In this document: piece by piece, positions 8,581-19,066 of the stretch
How positions within the stretch are numbered: position 1 is the stretch's first letter
Layout of the letters: each line of letters opens with the position of its first letter
IMG/VR virus record: IMGVR_UViG_3300033148_002673
Coordinates: 1 to 47,111 of that record
From: a virus
Taxonomy: Duplodnaviria; Caudoviricetes
DNA: 47,111 nt
Direction: 5' to 3' (one strand)
The notes under the pieces: generated by a model
The model's input: only the letters and a program-made list of their open reading frames with translations
What the model was told of the DNA's origin: nothing
Databases searched by the model: none
Translations under genes and position numbers: made by a program

Positions 8581-8987
8581 TGAGCATTGATGATGAGAAG
8601 CAAGTCCACACGGGTGATTTGTTATGCGCATGGTGTGAAGAGCATTTGGACGATGAAGAAAAAGAAAGTCCGCAAAAAGACAATGATGGAGACATCATTT
8701 GTGATAATTGCTATGACGAGCATTATAGATATGCCTGTCCATTGTGTTCTGAGTTCGTTGAAAAGGAAGGAAATCAGGAGCACATCGCGCTTACGAATGC
8801 CTTGGCAGAAGATCAAGAAATGGAGCCAGGAATTTACAAGGTTTTGCAATTCCCATGGTTTTCGAGTGATTGTTTTTCGATGCACATATATGAGCTGAAT
8901 GTGAAGAAAGTTAAAGATCTTCCCAAAGAGCTGCAAGAAGAAACAGAAGGAAACTATATCTGTGAAGATTGTGTTAAGAGCGCATAA
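8580..8987 (+). CDS. Cys-rich zinc-binding hypothetical protein
   Basis: Four CxxC motifs. Confidence 0.7.
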   Translation: MSIDDEKQVHTGDLLCAWCEEHLDDEEKESPQKDNDGDIICDNCYDEHYRYACPLCSEFVEKEGNQEHIALTNALAEDQEMEPGIYKVLQFPWFSSDCFSMHIYELNVKKVKDLPKELQEETEGNYICEDCVKSA

Positions 8988-9022
8988 CAGGCATTAACCA
9001 GAATGAATGTGGAGACAAACCA

Positions 9023-9232
9023 ATGAACGCTGAAACCGCCAAGAAGTGCATCCTAACGGCTTTGATGAAGTATGCCGTACACGTAAAGGATAAATGCCCG
9101 AAAGAAGCGGGAGAGGAAGCCCTACGTATCCTGGAGGCTGTTATAGGGGATGAGCAGCAGCGATCTTTAAGGTTTGCTCGTGAGATAGTGTATCTTGAGC
9201 GGGAGTTGCAGTTTAATGAGGAGAGTGGGTGA
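9023..9232 (+). CDS. Hypothetical protein
   Basis: 69 aa, GGAG RBS. Confidence 0.7.
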   Translation: MNAETAKKCILTALMKYAVHVKDKCPKEAGEEALRILEAVIGDEQQRSLRFAREIVYLERELQFNEESG

Positions 9233-9377
9233 TGAAAGACAGAGATGGTGTACTAATAACCAGCACGTACACAGGTAGGCCGGTATATGCTGTGGACCTC
9301 ATTACAGGCAAAGAGATTTTAATTAAAGATATGGCTATTGACACAATTAAAATGCAGCCATTCTTCGGAGGAAAGTG

Positions 9378-9746
9378 ATGAAAATATCTGAACTGAAAGC
9401 AGGAGCCACACTTGATGCACTTGTGGCATTGGCACAGCCTGATTTACAACTAGGTGATGACTGGAAGCAAGATGGATACATCATCCTTGGAGGTTTTGGG
9501 GGAACCCCGCCTATTAAGTACGACCCATCCTCCGGCAATGCTCAGACGTATGAGTTGATTGAGAAGTTTGGGGTTGCAGTATCTCCAGAGTCACATGGTA
9601 AATGGTGTGCTGAATATTACGGAGACGGGCATGTGAACCCTGTGGAATACTGGGGCTCAACCTCTGCCGAAGCAATCTGCAAAGCTGTTATTGCTTCTAA
9701 ATGGGGCGATACTATCCCTGATGAGATTTGGGAGAAAGCGAAATGA
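9378..9746 (+). CDS. NinX-family (DUF2591-like) phage protein
   Basis: KISEL..ATLDALVALA...YDPSS...LIEKF...AEAICKAVIASKWGD pattern. Confidence 0.65.
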   Translation: MKISELKAGATLDALVALAQPDLQLGDDWKQDGYIILGGFGGTPPIKYDPSSGNAQTYELIEKFGVAVSPESHGKWCAEYYGDGHVNPVEYWGSTSAEAICKAVIASKWGDTIPDEIWEKAK

Positions 9747-10180
9747 GTAAAGGAAAGCATCGGTACACTAGCAGAGAAGATTTTATTAAGCGTAAGGGGG
9801 GGAGCATTAAGCAAGATGAGGCGGATAACTCCCACGATGCCGAATCCATGCTGGAACTGTTAACCGTTGAAAGTATTGGAGTTATGAATGAGCGTGACCA
9901 GCTTGCAGCGCATGTGGAGAGGTTGCGCAATACTTTATCTTGTATCGTAGAGCATCCCGGTCGTGAAGGTGAAGACGCCTATGATATGGTTATTTATGCT
10001 ATGGATGGATTACAGGAACCAGCCCAATCCCTCGATACCCTCAAAGCACAGATAAGGGATGAAGCGATAGAGGAGTGTGCTCAGGAACTTAATTGTAATT
10101 GTATTGGCGAAGTTGATTGCGACGATGTAATTAAGGATTTACAAGAAGATATCCGCAACCTAAAAACAGGAGAAAAATAA
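9743..10180 (+). CDS. Hypothetical protein
   Basis: ATGA overlap; coiled-coil segment. Confidence 0.7.
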   Translation: MSKGKHRYTSREDFIKRKGGSIKQDEADNSHDAESMLELLTVESIGVMNERDQLAAHVERLRNTLSCIVEHPGREGEDAYDMVIYAMDGLQEPAQSLDTLKAQIRDEAIEECAQELNCNCIGEVDCDDVIKDLQEDIRNLKTGEK

Positions 10181-10341
10181 TGGGCAATAACGCAGGAAGA
10201 GAGATAGCAGAGTCGGCATTTGGTTATGGGTTTTCTGTAGGCGTAGTAATAGGTGCGCTTCTAGCCACATGGTATTTTAGCGGATTTACGCTGTGAGCTA
10301 ATGCAATAGCCAAAAATCAACATATTGGCTATACTCCATAA

Positions 10342-10749
10342 ATGATGTATTTACATTACAGCCAGTCGCCATGGGATATGGATCGCTGGCCGAACTTCAC
10401 TTCAAAGGAGCTTTCTTGTCCACATTGCGGGGAGTATTACCATAACCCCTCGTTCCTGGATGCGATCCAGTTCGTGAGAACCAAGATTGGAAAAGCTGTT
10501 CACATTAACAGTGCTCACCGTTGCTGGCTCTATAACGCGAGCAAACATATTGGCGGCGCACCATTGAGCGAGCACAAGAAGATCGCTGTTGATATTAGTT
10601 TGAAAGGCCATGATCGCATTGAGCTGAGAGATGCCTGCATTGAGGCCGGGTTTATGGGTATTGGATACTACGGAACATTTTTACACGTTGATATGGGTCG
10701 CCATCGCTGGTGGGCCTCAAAAGCCGGGAGGCAATTATGGAATCTCTAA
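10342..10749 (+). CDS. Endolysin, peptidase M15 family
   Basis: NFT..ELSC.HCG, SAHRC, SEH..IAVDI, GIG.Y.TFLHVD zinc-peptidase motifs. Confidence 0.85.
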   Translation: MMYLHYSQSPWDMDRWPNFTSKELSCPHCGEYYHNPSFLDAIQFVRTKIGKAVHINSAHRCWLYNASKHIGGAPLSEHKKIAVDISLKGHDRIELRDACIEAGFMGIGYYGTFLHVDMGRHRWWASKAGRQLWNL

Positions 10750-11261
10750 TGGAGCTACTGGGCGCTGGAGCAAGTGTGGCGAGTGGCGGAATCTTCGGGC
10801 TCATTGGGTCCGGTATCGGGGTATGGGCCAAAATGAAACAGGCCAAGGCCGATCGCTTATGGCAGGAAAAAGAGTGGGCCCATGAGTCACTCCTCCTCGA
10901 TAAGCAAATGCAGGTGGCGCAAGCAGAGACTGAGAACGAGATTGCCATCACATCATCGAAAGGATCTTGGTCAGGACTTAATGAAAGCATTCGGGCAGAT
11001 ATGGCGACCAAGCCAAGTAGCGGCTGGGCATCAGACATTAAGGCGTTATTCAGGCCATTCCTGACTACGGCGCTGGTCGGATGCACCATGTATATCATCC
11101 ACTCTCTGCTTAACGGAGACTTGAGGGGCGTCATCTCTGCAAGCGAGACTACCGAGATCTTGCGCTATGCAATCTATTCAGTGGTATTCGCTACCTCGGC
11201 GGCGATTACTTGGTGGTTTGGTGACCGGGCTCTTACTCCCCCGCACCTAAAGCATAGATAA
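10737..11261 (+). CDS. Putative holin (3TM-like)
   Basis: Follows endolysin; hydrophobic segments, RP.LT motif and WWFGDR end. Confidence 0.65.
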   Translation: MESLMELLGAGASVASGGIFGLIGSGIGVWAKMKQAKADRLWQEKEWAHESLLLDKQMQVAQAETENEIAITSSKGSWSGLNESIRADMATKPSSGWASDIKALFRPFLTTALVGCTMYIIHSLLNGDLRGVISASETTEILRYAIYSVVFATSAAITWWFGDRALTPPHLKHR

Positions 11262-11336
11262 TGTCTATCCCATATTACATAATGTGCCTACAGATACACG
11301 CCGAAAACCAGAGAATAATTAATCTGTGCGATCAAT

Positions 11337-11708
11337 ATGGATGGTTCGATGGGTAGGCGTGCAGCTAAGGTTGACGCGAACCAGTCGGATCTCGTGAAAG
11401 TCATGCGGGACATGGGCGCCTCAGTGATAATCACTAGCTCTGCCCACGATGGCTTTACCGATACGGTTGTTGGATATGGCGGTGTCACCGTGCTGGCAGA
11501 GATAAAGGATGGGAGCAAAGTCCTGAGTGATCGACAATTCACCCCAAAGCAGGTTGATTTTCACCGTGATTTCAAAGGCGCCATCACCGTGATAGAGACA
11601 CTCACCCAGGCGATCGCCTTAGTTAATGAGATTCGCCGGGTATCGAAACAAGTTAATCCGCAGTGGAATATGGGCGCAGCGGCAAACAGCGGGGAAGAAT
11701 ATGCCTGA
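11337..11708 (+). CDS. PD-(D/E)XK (VRR-NUC-like) nuclease
   Basis: RRAAKVDANQ...GFTD..VGY....LAEIKDG...TPKQ. Confidence 0.7.
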   Translation: MDGSMGRRAAKVDANQSDLVKVMRDMGASVIITSSAHDGFTDTVVGYGGVTVLAEIKDGSKVLSDRQFTPKQVDFHRDFKGAITVIETLTQAIALVNEIRRVSKQVNPQWNMGAAANSGEEYA

Positions 11709-11985
11709 AATAGCAAAACGATATCTCCAATGGTGGCCGGCGATCATGTTTATCTTCATGGTGGTTTCCACGGGCGCTGTGTACGGCTACCAGATTATCG
11801 AGAACAGTGCCGACATAGATGGCCTAAAACAAGTTCAGACCAAGCAGGCGCTAACTGACAAGGATGTTGAGTACATCCAGAAGGATGTCGAGGCGCTGGA
11901 CGATGGGATGAAAGAGCTCAACGATAAACTGAATGGTCAGGACAGGAAGTTGGATATGATTTTGCAGCGACTGAGGGCGCCATAA
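11701..11985 (+). CDS. Membrane-anchored coiled-coil protein
   Basis: N-terminal TM then coiled coil ending KLDMIL. Confidence 0.7.
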   Translation: MPEIAKRYLQWWPAIMFIFMVVSTGAVYGYQIIENSADIDGLKQVQTKQALTDKDVEYIQKDVEALDDGMKELNDKLNGQDRKLDMILQRLRAP

Positions 11986-12164
11986 TGCCAGCAAGCGTGA
12001 AGAAGCAGGGCGATAAGTACCGGGTAGTTGAGCCCGATGGTGGCATTATGACGAATAAATCTGGCACCGCTGTAGATGGCGGTGGATTCAGAACAGAAAA
12101 AGCCGCTAAACGGCAGGCCACAGCGATAAATATGCGCAAGGCCACAACAACAATATCAAAATAA
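11985..12164 (+). CDS. Small basic hypothetical protein
   Basis: 59 aa MPASVKKQGDKYRVV...TEKAAKRQATAIN; TAATG overlap. Confidence 0.65.
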   Translation: MPASVKKQGDKYRVVEPDGGIMTNKSGTAVDGGGFRTEKAAKRQATAINMRKATTTISK

Positions 12165-12289
12165 ATAATATAGGTGACGGTTATGTGTGAAAGTGAACCA
12201 AGTATGATTTTAATGTTTGTTCTTAATATTTCGGCGGCTTACACTGGATGTATGATTGCTTTATATATCCACAAGCAGGGGAAGGAATA

Positions 12290-12493
12290 ATGGGCAAGCA
12301 AGTAGGAATCGGGGTAGATATCTCAGACGGAAACGTAATCATCCAGTTCGAGAAGGAGGTAACCTGGCTACAGCTCAACCCACAGCAGGCCGTGGAACTG
12401 GCTCAGGCCATTGCAGAAAAGGCCATGAAGCTTGCTGATAGACAGGGGAGTCAGATTATCCTTCCTTCTCACAATAGGGTGCTTAACTCATGA
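12290..12493 (+). CDS. Hypothetical protein
   Basis: AAGGA RBS before ATG at 12290. Confidence 0.65.
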   Translation: MGKQVGIGVDISDGNVIIQFEKEVTWLQLNPQQAVELAQAIAEKAMKLADRQGSQIILPSHNRVLNS

Positions 12494-12632
12494 TTATGAA
12501 GATAATCAAAGCCCCATTAATACTGATACTGGTTCCATTGGATTATATCGGGTGGAATCTACTATGCGCAGCAGAAAACGGCAAAGCGACTATTAAGGAA
12601 TCATGGCGACAATGCTGGAAGGAGCTGAATTC

Positions 12633-13013
12633 ATGAATGTGCTAATGAAGTTTGACCCAGCAACTGGCGATGAAAAGCCATATCCATCTGATGCGTCGCA
12701 GTACAGGGCATATCACGGCTTAATGGCATGGCTATATAACCCGTGGTCCGGGAAAAAGAGAAATCCGGCAGATATCGGAAGCGATACTTTTGGAAAGCTC
12801 ATCTGTGAGATGGAGGTAATGCCAGAATTGGTGCATCCGCCATGTATCGGCGATACTTGTGAATCCGTGCGAAATGTGAACAACTTAATGAGGGAAAACG
12901 GAAGCACAGAGGAAGAGATATTTTTTGCAGTTATTGAGGCCGTAGCTTCTGGCCCGGATGGGATTGGCAGTCTAGAGGCGGCCGTGAAAGAGCGGTTGGG
13001 TGAGAATAGTTAG
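12633..13013 (+). CDS. Hypothetical protein
   Basis: AAGGAG RBS; MKFDPATGDEKPYPSDA..YR.YHG motif. Confidence 0.7.
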   Translation: MNVLMKFDPATGDEKPYPSDASQYRAYHGLMAWLYNPWSGKKRNPADIGSDTFGKLICEMEVMPELVHPPCIGDTCESVRNVNNLMRENGSTEEEIFFAVIEAVASGPDGIGSLEAAVKERLGENS

Positions 13014-13024
13014 CAGGTATCGAT

Positions 13025-13642
13025 ATGACGGTTAAAAAGAAATCAGTCAAAAAAGCCTCGGTAAAGAAGGCTGTGACTAAGAAGAGAGTTGTGGAGAAGA
13101 AGGCTCCTATCAAGAAGAGGGCCGTCAAGCCAGTAGAACTCGACGATTATGGGCTTAATCACAAGGAGCGCGAGTTTGCCGACCTGTACCGAGGGGGAGA
13201 TAAAGAAGTTCGTGGCAATGCGAAGCGTTCTTATATGCGAGTGCATCCCAGAGTCAAAGAAAGAACGGCTGAAACTGAGGGCGCTAAGCTGCTGAGAAAA
13301 CCTGAGATTGATTCTTATTTACGAATGAAAAGCAAAGAGATTGCCGATAAGTGCGATATCGATGCCGAATGGGTTCTTAGGCAGGCCGTTGCCGTACACG
13401 AGAGATGCATGCAGGCAAGTCCTGTGCTGGACCGTAAAGGTGAACAGGTATACGTGGATACACCTGAAGGAGATATGGTGCCAGCGTTCACGTTTGACGC
13501 TCCCGGGGCTAATAAATCGCTGGAGATCGTCGGCAAGCATGTTGATGTGCAGGCATTCAAAGAGAAAGTTGATGTCACTAGTAACGGTAAGACTCTGAAT
13601 AATTGGACTGTCAATCCGGTAACCACAAAGAAAAATGGCTGA
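13025..13642 (+). CDS. terS: Terminase small subunit
   Basis: LNHKEREFADLY...LLRKPEI...IDAEWVL...GANKSLEIVGKHVDVQAFKE; directly upstream of TerL. Confidence 0.85.
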   Translation: MTVKKKSVKKASVKKAVTKKRVVEKKAPIKKRAVKPVELDDYGLNHKEREFADLYRGGDKEVRGNAKRSYMRVHPRVKERTAETEGAKLLRKPEIDSYLRMKSKEIADKCDIDAEWVLRQAVAVHERCMQASPVLDRKGEQVYVDTPEGDMVPAFTFDAPGANKSLEIVGKHVDVQAFKEKVDVTSNGKTLNNWTVNPVTTKKNG

Positions 13643-15125
13643 GATAGATCTCCGTATAGTCGACAAGATTGCTTGGCTACTCACTAAGCCGAAGCGAATC
13701 AAGATAGTTGTAGGCGGTCGAGGCTCCGCCAAATCAATCGGTGTTGGCGATATCATGCTGATGTTCACTGATAGCGGTGAGCGTGTCTGCTGTTCCCGTG
13801 AATTCCAAAACTCAATCGATGACTCTGTTCATGAGAGCCTGAAGCAGGAGATCGACCGGCTTGGCGTAGAGGGCTTCACCGTCCAAAACAATGAAATCAT
13901 GTCTGCTGCTGGCGGCGAGTTGTTCTACAAAGGCTTGGCCAGGAACATAACTTCATTGAAGTCGCTCGCTGGAGTTAAAAGACTTTGGATAGAAGAGGGC
14001 GAGTCTGTCGGCGACGCCAGTCTAAAAGTGCTGACTCCATCAATTCGCTCAAGTGCTGCCGCAAACGAGAACGACGAAGACCCGCCTGAGATATGGATTA
14101 CTATGAATCGAGGTTCCGTTAATGGGGCTATAGCGAAGAAGTATCTCAAGAGGGCGGAGAAAGCCTTGGCCACAACCGGTTACTACGAAGACGACATGAT
14201 TATGGTCGTCGAGGTCAACTGGCGAGATAATCCATGGTTCCCTCCAGAGCTGGAACAGGAAAGGGCTGATGATTACGAGAACTTGGATAGGGCTGAGTAC
14301 GATAATATCTGGGAGTCTGCCTACAACGATAATGTTGAACGAGCAATCATTAGGCAGGAGTGGTTTGATGCCTGCGTTGATGCCCATATAGAGCTTGGCA
14401 TAAAGCCGAGGGGGGCCGCAATAGTTGCTCACGATCCTTCCGATGAAGGCAACGACTCTAAGGGGTTGGCTAGACGTCACGGCATATTAATAACTCATGC
14501 TGATGAGAACGATACTGGAGATTCCAATGAGGGGATGGATTGGGCGCTAGATTTCTGCGAAGACGTGAAAACCGATGTGTTTACGTGGGATTGTGACGGT
14601 CTTGGCATAGCACTAAAAAAGCAGGCGAGGGAGTCATTCGAAGGAACAAACACGGAACTGGTTATATTTAAGGGGAGCTATTCGCCAGAAGACCCTGAGC
14701 AGCCATATGACGGCAAATCGAAGAAGGAGGAAGGTCAACAGAATCAAGACGTATTTAGAAATAGAAGGGCTCAATATTACATCAGGCTGAGAGATCGCAT
14801 TTATAAAACGTATCAAATGGTGAAAAAGAAAGATCTTCATGATAAGGATGAGCTAATCAGCTTTTCATCTAAAATCCCAAAGCTGAGCTTGTTAAGGTCA
14901 GAGATATGTGGGATACCTAGCAAACCGAACGCCTCCAGGATGATGCAAATCATGTCTAAAGAGGATATGAAGAAGCTTGGCATAGACTCGCCAAATATGG
15001 CAGATTCGGTTATGATGCTAATGGTGATCCCAAAGTCTAAGGCTGAGGAGTCATGGTCGCCGCCCAAAGTCAACAGACAGCAGCGGTCGGCTTCACGATA
15101 TGAAGGTAACCGTAGGAGATATTAA
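13635..15125 (+). CDS. terL: Terminase large subunit (PBSX/Terminase_3-like)
   Basis: Walker A GGRGSAKS, CSREFQNSI, WIEE Walker B, NWRDNPWFP, nuclease HDPSDEG...SPNMADS. Confidence 0.95.
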   Translation: MAEIDLRIVDKIAWLLTKPKRIKIVVGGRGSAKSIGVGDIMLMFTDSGERVCCSREFQNSIDDSVHESLKQEIDRLGVEGFTVQNNEIMSAAGGELFYKGLARNITSLKSLAGVKRLWIEEGESVGDASLKVLTPSIRSSAAANENDEDPPEIWITMNRGSVNGAIAKKYLKRAEKALATTGYYEDDMIMVVEVNWRDNPWFPPELEQERADDYENLDRAEYDNIWESAYNDNVERAIIRQEWFDACVDAHIELGIKPRGAAIVAHDPSDEGNDSKGLARRHGILITHADENDTGDSNEGMDWALDFCEDVKTDVFTWDCDGLGIALKKQARESFEGTNTELVIFKGSYSPEDPEQPYDGKSKKEEGQQNQDVFRNRRAQYYIRLRDRIYKTYQMVKKKDLHDKDELISFSSKIPKLSLLRSEICGIPSKPNASRMMQIMSKEDMKKLGIDSPNMADSVMMLMVIPKSKAEESWSPPKVNRQQRSASRYEGNRRRY

Positions 15126-15126
15126 A

Positions 15127-15342
15127 GTGGATGCAATAAAAGATTTTGCGGGGATGTCAATGCTAGGCACTCTCGCCAAAAAGCCGGAAGCCCCGAAAAT
15201 ACCGGAAGCGGTGGCTGCGCCAACTCCAGCTCCAGAAGGGATTAAAAGCAGGATAAGTGCCGAGCGTGCGCTCAAGCGCAGATATGCAAAGGCTGGGCGA
15301 GCAGGCACAATGCTTACCGGCGACGAAAGCAAACTAGGGTAA
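15127..15342 (+). CDS. Small virion-associated protein preceding portal
   Basis: Pro-rich segment then RR...GRAGTMLTG..KLG; AGGAG RBS before GTG. Confidence 0.65.
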   Translation: MDAIKDFAGMSMLGTLAKKPEAPKIPEAVAAPTPAPEGIKSRISAERALKRRYAKAGRAGTMLTGDESKLG

Positions 15343-15347
15343 AGATC

Positions 15348-16919
15348 ATGCTTGATATAGCTCAGCTAAAGAGTCTGGCATCAACCCTAATCACCGATCA
15401 CCAGCCGATGATGGCGCTTTACCAGACGCTGGCAGATCACTTCTACCCTGAACGAGCAGACTTCACGGTTCGTCGCAATGTCGGTATCGAGTTATCAGAT
15501 CTTCTTGTTGAGTCATATCCAGTCCTGGTTCGTCGAGATCTCGGTGATTCTCTGAGCGCGATGATGCGCGATGGAGATTGGTTTGAGGTCGGCGTTGATG
15601 GCGAGCCAGATCAGCTCGGAGCCATGTGGCTACAATGGGCATCCAAGCGGCTCAAGGCGTTATTCGATGACCGTGGCTCTAACTTTGTGCGGGCAACTAA
15701 GGAGGGTGATCATGATTTCATCACCTTCGGCGACTGCGTTATCTCAATTGAACTTAATCGTAAAGCAGACGGACTGCTGTTCCGTTGCTGGCACCTGAGA
15801 GACTGTACTTGGTTCGACGGCGAAGATGGCAGTGTCGGCGGCGTTATCCGTAAATGGACTCCAACTTACAAAGACATGGTTGATTATTTCGGTAAGGATA
15901 ATGTTCACGAAGATGTAGCTAAGGCCGTGGGAGCTGATGCCATGAAAAAAGGCGAAGTTCGCCATATAGTCATCCCATCAAGAATGTACGGCAAAGACGA
16001 GATTACCGATGTCCATGAATATGTGTCAATCTTCATCGACATAAAGAACGATAAAATCATGGAAGAAATGGGCATGAATCACAATATGTACGTGGTACCA
16101 CGCTTCAAAACAATACCAGGCTCTCAATTTGCATACTCTCCGGCCACGGTTGTCGGGCTTCCCGATGCTCGATCTCTCCAGCAGATGCAGCACACGCTAC
16201 TCGAGGCAGCCGAGAGATATACTCGACCACCCATTATTGCTACCCAGAAAGTTATCCGTGGAGATGTTGATCTGTCCGCAGACGGCATCACATGGGTTGA
16301 CGATGAATATGATGAGAAATTAGGTGCTGCGCTTCGTCCATTAGCGCAGGATCGCGGCGGATTCCCTATCGGGCTGGAGATGAAAGAGGCTCAGATTGAG
16401 ACTCTTCGCAATGCCTTCTATGTGAACAAGCTAAGCCTACCCGATACTAGTCGCGAGATGACAGCATACGAGGTCTCTGAGCGAATGAAGCAGTATCGAC
16501 GCCAGAACATGCCGTTATTCGCCCCGATCGAGTCAGAATACAATGGCCAATTGTGTGAGTTGGCTTTCGATATCGCGCTCAATGCCGGGTTCCTCGGGTC
16601 GCCTCAAGATATTCCTGAGTCACTTCTTGGTAAAGACGTTGTATTCAAATTCAAATCTCCATTGAGCGCGACCGAAGAAGAGAAAATGACAACGCAGTTC
16701 CAGCAAGTTGTCCAGATGACTCAGCAGGCCAGAGAGCTCGACACGAATGCTGGCATGAATGTGAACGTCGATGAGGCGCTGCGTGATGCAATAACTGGTT
16801 CAGGCGCACCAGAGAGATGGAAGAATCTCCCTGAAGACGTGCAGAAACAAAAACAACAGGCGCAATTGATGGAAATGGCGGCTATGGCAGCGGAGGCAGG
16901 CGTTGAGCAGCAAGCGTAG
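15348..16919 (+). CDS. Portal / head-to-tail connector (T7 gp8/BPP-1-like)
   Basis: 523 aa; VVPRF, MTAYEVSER, FKSPL motifs; position after TerL. Confidence 0.9.
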   Translation: MLDIAQLKSLASTLITDHQPMMALYQTLADHFYPERADFTVRRNVGIELSDLLVESYPVLVRRDLGDSLSAMMRDGDWFEVGVDGEPDQLGAMWLQWASKRLKALFDDRGSNFVRATKEGDHDFITFGDCVISIELNRKADGLLFRCWHLRDCTWFDGEDGSVGGVIRKWTPTYKDMVDYFGKDNVHEDVAKAVGADAMKKGEVRHIVIPSRMYGKDEITDVHEYVSIFIDIKNDKIMEEMGMNHNMYVVPRFKTIPGSQFAYSPATVVGLPDARSLQQMQHTLLEAAERYTRPPIIATQKVIRGDVDLSADGITWVDDEYDEKLGAALRPLAQDRGGFPIGLEMKEAQIETLRNAFYVNKLSLPDTSREMTAYEVSERMKQYRRQNMPLFAPIESEYNGQLCELAFDIALNAGFLGSPQDIPESLLGKDVVFKFKSPLSATEEEKMTTQFQQVVQMTQQARELDTNAGMNVNVDEALRDAITGSGAPERWKNLPEDVQKQKQQAQLMEMAAMAAEAGVEQQA

Positions 16920-17202
16920 CGAAGAGTGCTTTCAATGCAGGGAGCTTGATAAGGAAGAGCATCAGGCAATCAAGGCGCTTCAAAGAGGTGATGCCTCCGA
17001 ATATCAGCAGAGACTAGCGCTGAAGGTGATCATCAATGTGTTCAGCCGATCGCATGATATGTTGTTCATACCAGGAGCCGCCGATCAAACTGTTTTCATG
17101 AATGGCCGCGCATTCGTTGGCCAGAAAATACTAAAATATTTAAATATCCCGATAGGGAAACTACAAGAAGAGGAGCATGACGGTGAAAATACTCAATCTT
17201 AA
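16903..17202 (+). CDS. Bbp19-like small protein
   Basis: Between portal and scaffold; TVFMNGRAFVG motif. Confidence 0.65.
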   Translation: MSSKRSEECFQCRELDKEEHQAIKALQRGDASEYQQRLALKVIINVFSRSHDMLFIPGAADQTVFMNGRAFVGQKILKYLNIPIGKLQEEEHDGENTQS

Positions 17203-18211
17203 AAAGCTTTTACATATTCATATGGCGGACGATCCCGATGGTGGAGGCGGCGGTGGAGGCGGCGGAAATGATCCGGCGCCAGCAGATCCTGCTCCGGCCG
17301 ATCCTTCACCATCTGATCCATCCCCCGCAGAACCCTCCCCATCAGCCCCGGCTCCATCTGGAGACCCAGCCCCTACCGGCGGCCCAGCTCCTGTAGCAAA
17401 TCATTTTCAGTCAATGCCGGATGATTGGCGCACCCAGGCCGTCAAGGCCATGGGTATCGAAGAAGGTACTGAAGACTTCGATAAGCGTGTCAAACAGCTC
17501 GAGCGTGTATCTGATTTCGGCGTTCTCGGGAAGAACTACTTCGAGGCCCAAGATAAGATTCGCAGCGGCCAGATGGATGCCGGCTTACCAGAGAATCCTA
17601 CCGATGAACAGGTAGCTGAGTACCGTGAAGCCAATGGCATCCCGGCAACCCCAGAGGATTATCAACTAAATCTCGACGAGGGGCTGGTACTGGGTGAGGG
17701 CGATGAGCGTATTATGGGCGAGGTTTACAAGGCCGCTCACGAGAATAATGTCCCTGCTGAGGTGCTGAATACTCTGACAAATACCATGATGCAGGGTCGT
17801 CAGGCAGAGATGGATGCCCGTATCAGCCAAGATGGCGTTGACAAACAGACCGCAGATCGCCAGCTAAAAGATGTTTGGGGCGGTGACTTCGAGACCAACC
17901 TGAATATGGTTAAGGGTCTAGTCAATACCTTGCCTGAGACAATCAAAGAGGCGTTTGGCGATGCCCGTATGGCTGATGGCAAGGCGATGTTCAATAGCCC
18001 TGAGATTATGGTGGCCATGTCCGAATGGGCCCGTAAGATCAATCCATCTGCTACTGTGGTGCCAAACTCTAATAATCCGATGCAATCCATGAATGATGAG
18101 ATTAAGACGCTTGAGGATCGCATGGGTACGCCTGAGTGGTATAAGGATAAGGATGCCCAGAAGCGCTACCAAGACCTGATTACTGCAAAAGAAGGTATGC
18201 AGGCTCAGTAA
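17177..18211 (+). CDS. Capsid assembly scaffold protein
   Basis: Gly/Pro-rich N-terminus, G.PATPEDY, LKDVWGGDFETN; acidic. Confidence 0.8.
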   Translation: MTVKILNLKKLLHIHMADDPDGGGGGGGGGNDPAPADPAPADPSPSDPSPAEPSPSAPAPSGDPAPTGGPAPVANHFQSMPDDWRTQAVKAMGIEEGTEDFDKRVKQLERVSDFGVLGKNYFEAQDKIRSGQMDAGLPENPTDEQVAEYREANGIPATPEDYQLNLDEGLVLGEGDERIMGEVYKAAHENNVPAEVLNTLTNTMMQGRQAEMDARISQDGVDKQTADRQLKDVWGGDFETNLNMVKGLVNTLPETIKEAFGDARMADGKAMFNSPEIMVAMSEWARKINPSATVVPNSNNPMQSMNDEIKTLEDRMGTPEWYKDKDAQKRYQDLITAKEGMQAQ

Positions 18212-18241
18212 TTTCAATAGCAAATTAAGAGGAAAAACAAC

Positions 18242-18850
18242 GTGAACCAATACATGTTAAAAAAGCCCGTGAAAGCGGCACAAATCCAATCAATCTTAGG
18301 CCAAGCTATCACTGACACCGATGGCAACACCATCAACGTGACTCTTGAGCTGATTGCTAAGTTCAATCCGCGACCAGGCGATGTCTATGTCGATCACCCT
18401 GATGACGGTATTTCCATCATGACAGAGCTTCATTTTGATGCGAAGTATGCTGATCGTGGTGCTGAGCCGGCCAATGTAGAATCTGATGATCCTGATGATC
18501 TTATTGCAGTGACAGCCATGGTTGCTCATGAAGTTAATCGTGCATATTGTGAGGCTATCGGTGACGACAGTCAGGTTCCGTGGGATGAAGCGCCTGATTG
18601 GCAGAAAGAATCTGCTATGGCAGGCGTGCAGTTCCATCTCGACAATCCAGACGCTGGTCCAGAGGCCTCTCATGAGAGCTGGCTGGAAATGAAAAAGGCT
18701 GATGGCTGGAAGTACGGCAAAAAGAAGGATGAAGAGAAAAAGACTCACCCATGCTTTAAGCCGTTCAACAAACTACCAAAAGCCCAGCAGGCCAAGGATC
18801 ATCTGTTCCGTGGCGTGGTTCATGCAATGGCTGGAGAACATCATGGCTGA
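18242..18850 (+). CDS. RyR-domain phage protein
   Basis: AHEVNRAYC...W..APDWQKESA...HESW...GWKYG..KD.EKKTHPC..PF..LP..QQAKD. Confidence 0.75.
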   Translation: MNQYMLKKPVKAAQIQSILGQAITDTDGNTINVTLELIAKFNPRPGDVYVDHPDDGISIMTELHFDAKYADRGAEPANVESDDPDDLIAVTAMVAHEVNRAYCEAIGDDSQVPWDEAPDWQKESAMAGVQFHLDNPDAGPEASHESWLEMKKADGWKYGKKKDEEKKTHPCFKPFNKLPKAQQAKDHLFRGVVHAMAGEHHG

Positions 18851-19013
18851 AACAAAGAATTGGGTAGTGAAGGATTCTTTCGGAGAAATTATTACAGTAA
18901 AGGCTGAAGAGGCCAAGATGATTGATGATATGACTGTGGCGTTCAAGAGCGGAAGCGATACCGTGGCTATCTTCAATAGCTGGATCTATTTCAAGTTGGC
19001 GCCGGAAGACTGA
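18843..19013 (+). CDS. Small hypothetical protein
   Basis: GGAG RBS, ATG at 18843, 56 aa. Confidence 0.6.
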   Translation: MAETKNWVVKDSFGEIITVKAEEAKMIDDMTVAFKSGSDTVAIFNSWIYFKLAPED

Positions 19014-19036
19014 GCAATATCCCGGTGACAACATCC

Positions 19037-19066
19037 AAGACCCGTCTATGTGGCGGGTTTTTTATT
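19037..19066 (+). terminator. Intrinsic terminator
   Basis: GACCCGTC-TATGT-GGCGGGTT then T-tract. Confidence 0.8.

Noticed and set aside
8980-9000. GCATAACAGGC after a stop codon, resembling an attC left box
   Set aside because: No matching GTT box or paired arms downstream.
13025-13135. Histone-H1-like Lys-rich TerS N-terminus
   Set aside because: Basic low-complexity tails are common in small terminases; nothing further supports novelty.
17235-17395. Gly run and PADP/PSP repeats
   Set aside because: Ordinary low-complexity scaffold N-terminus.
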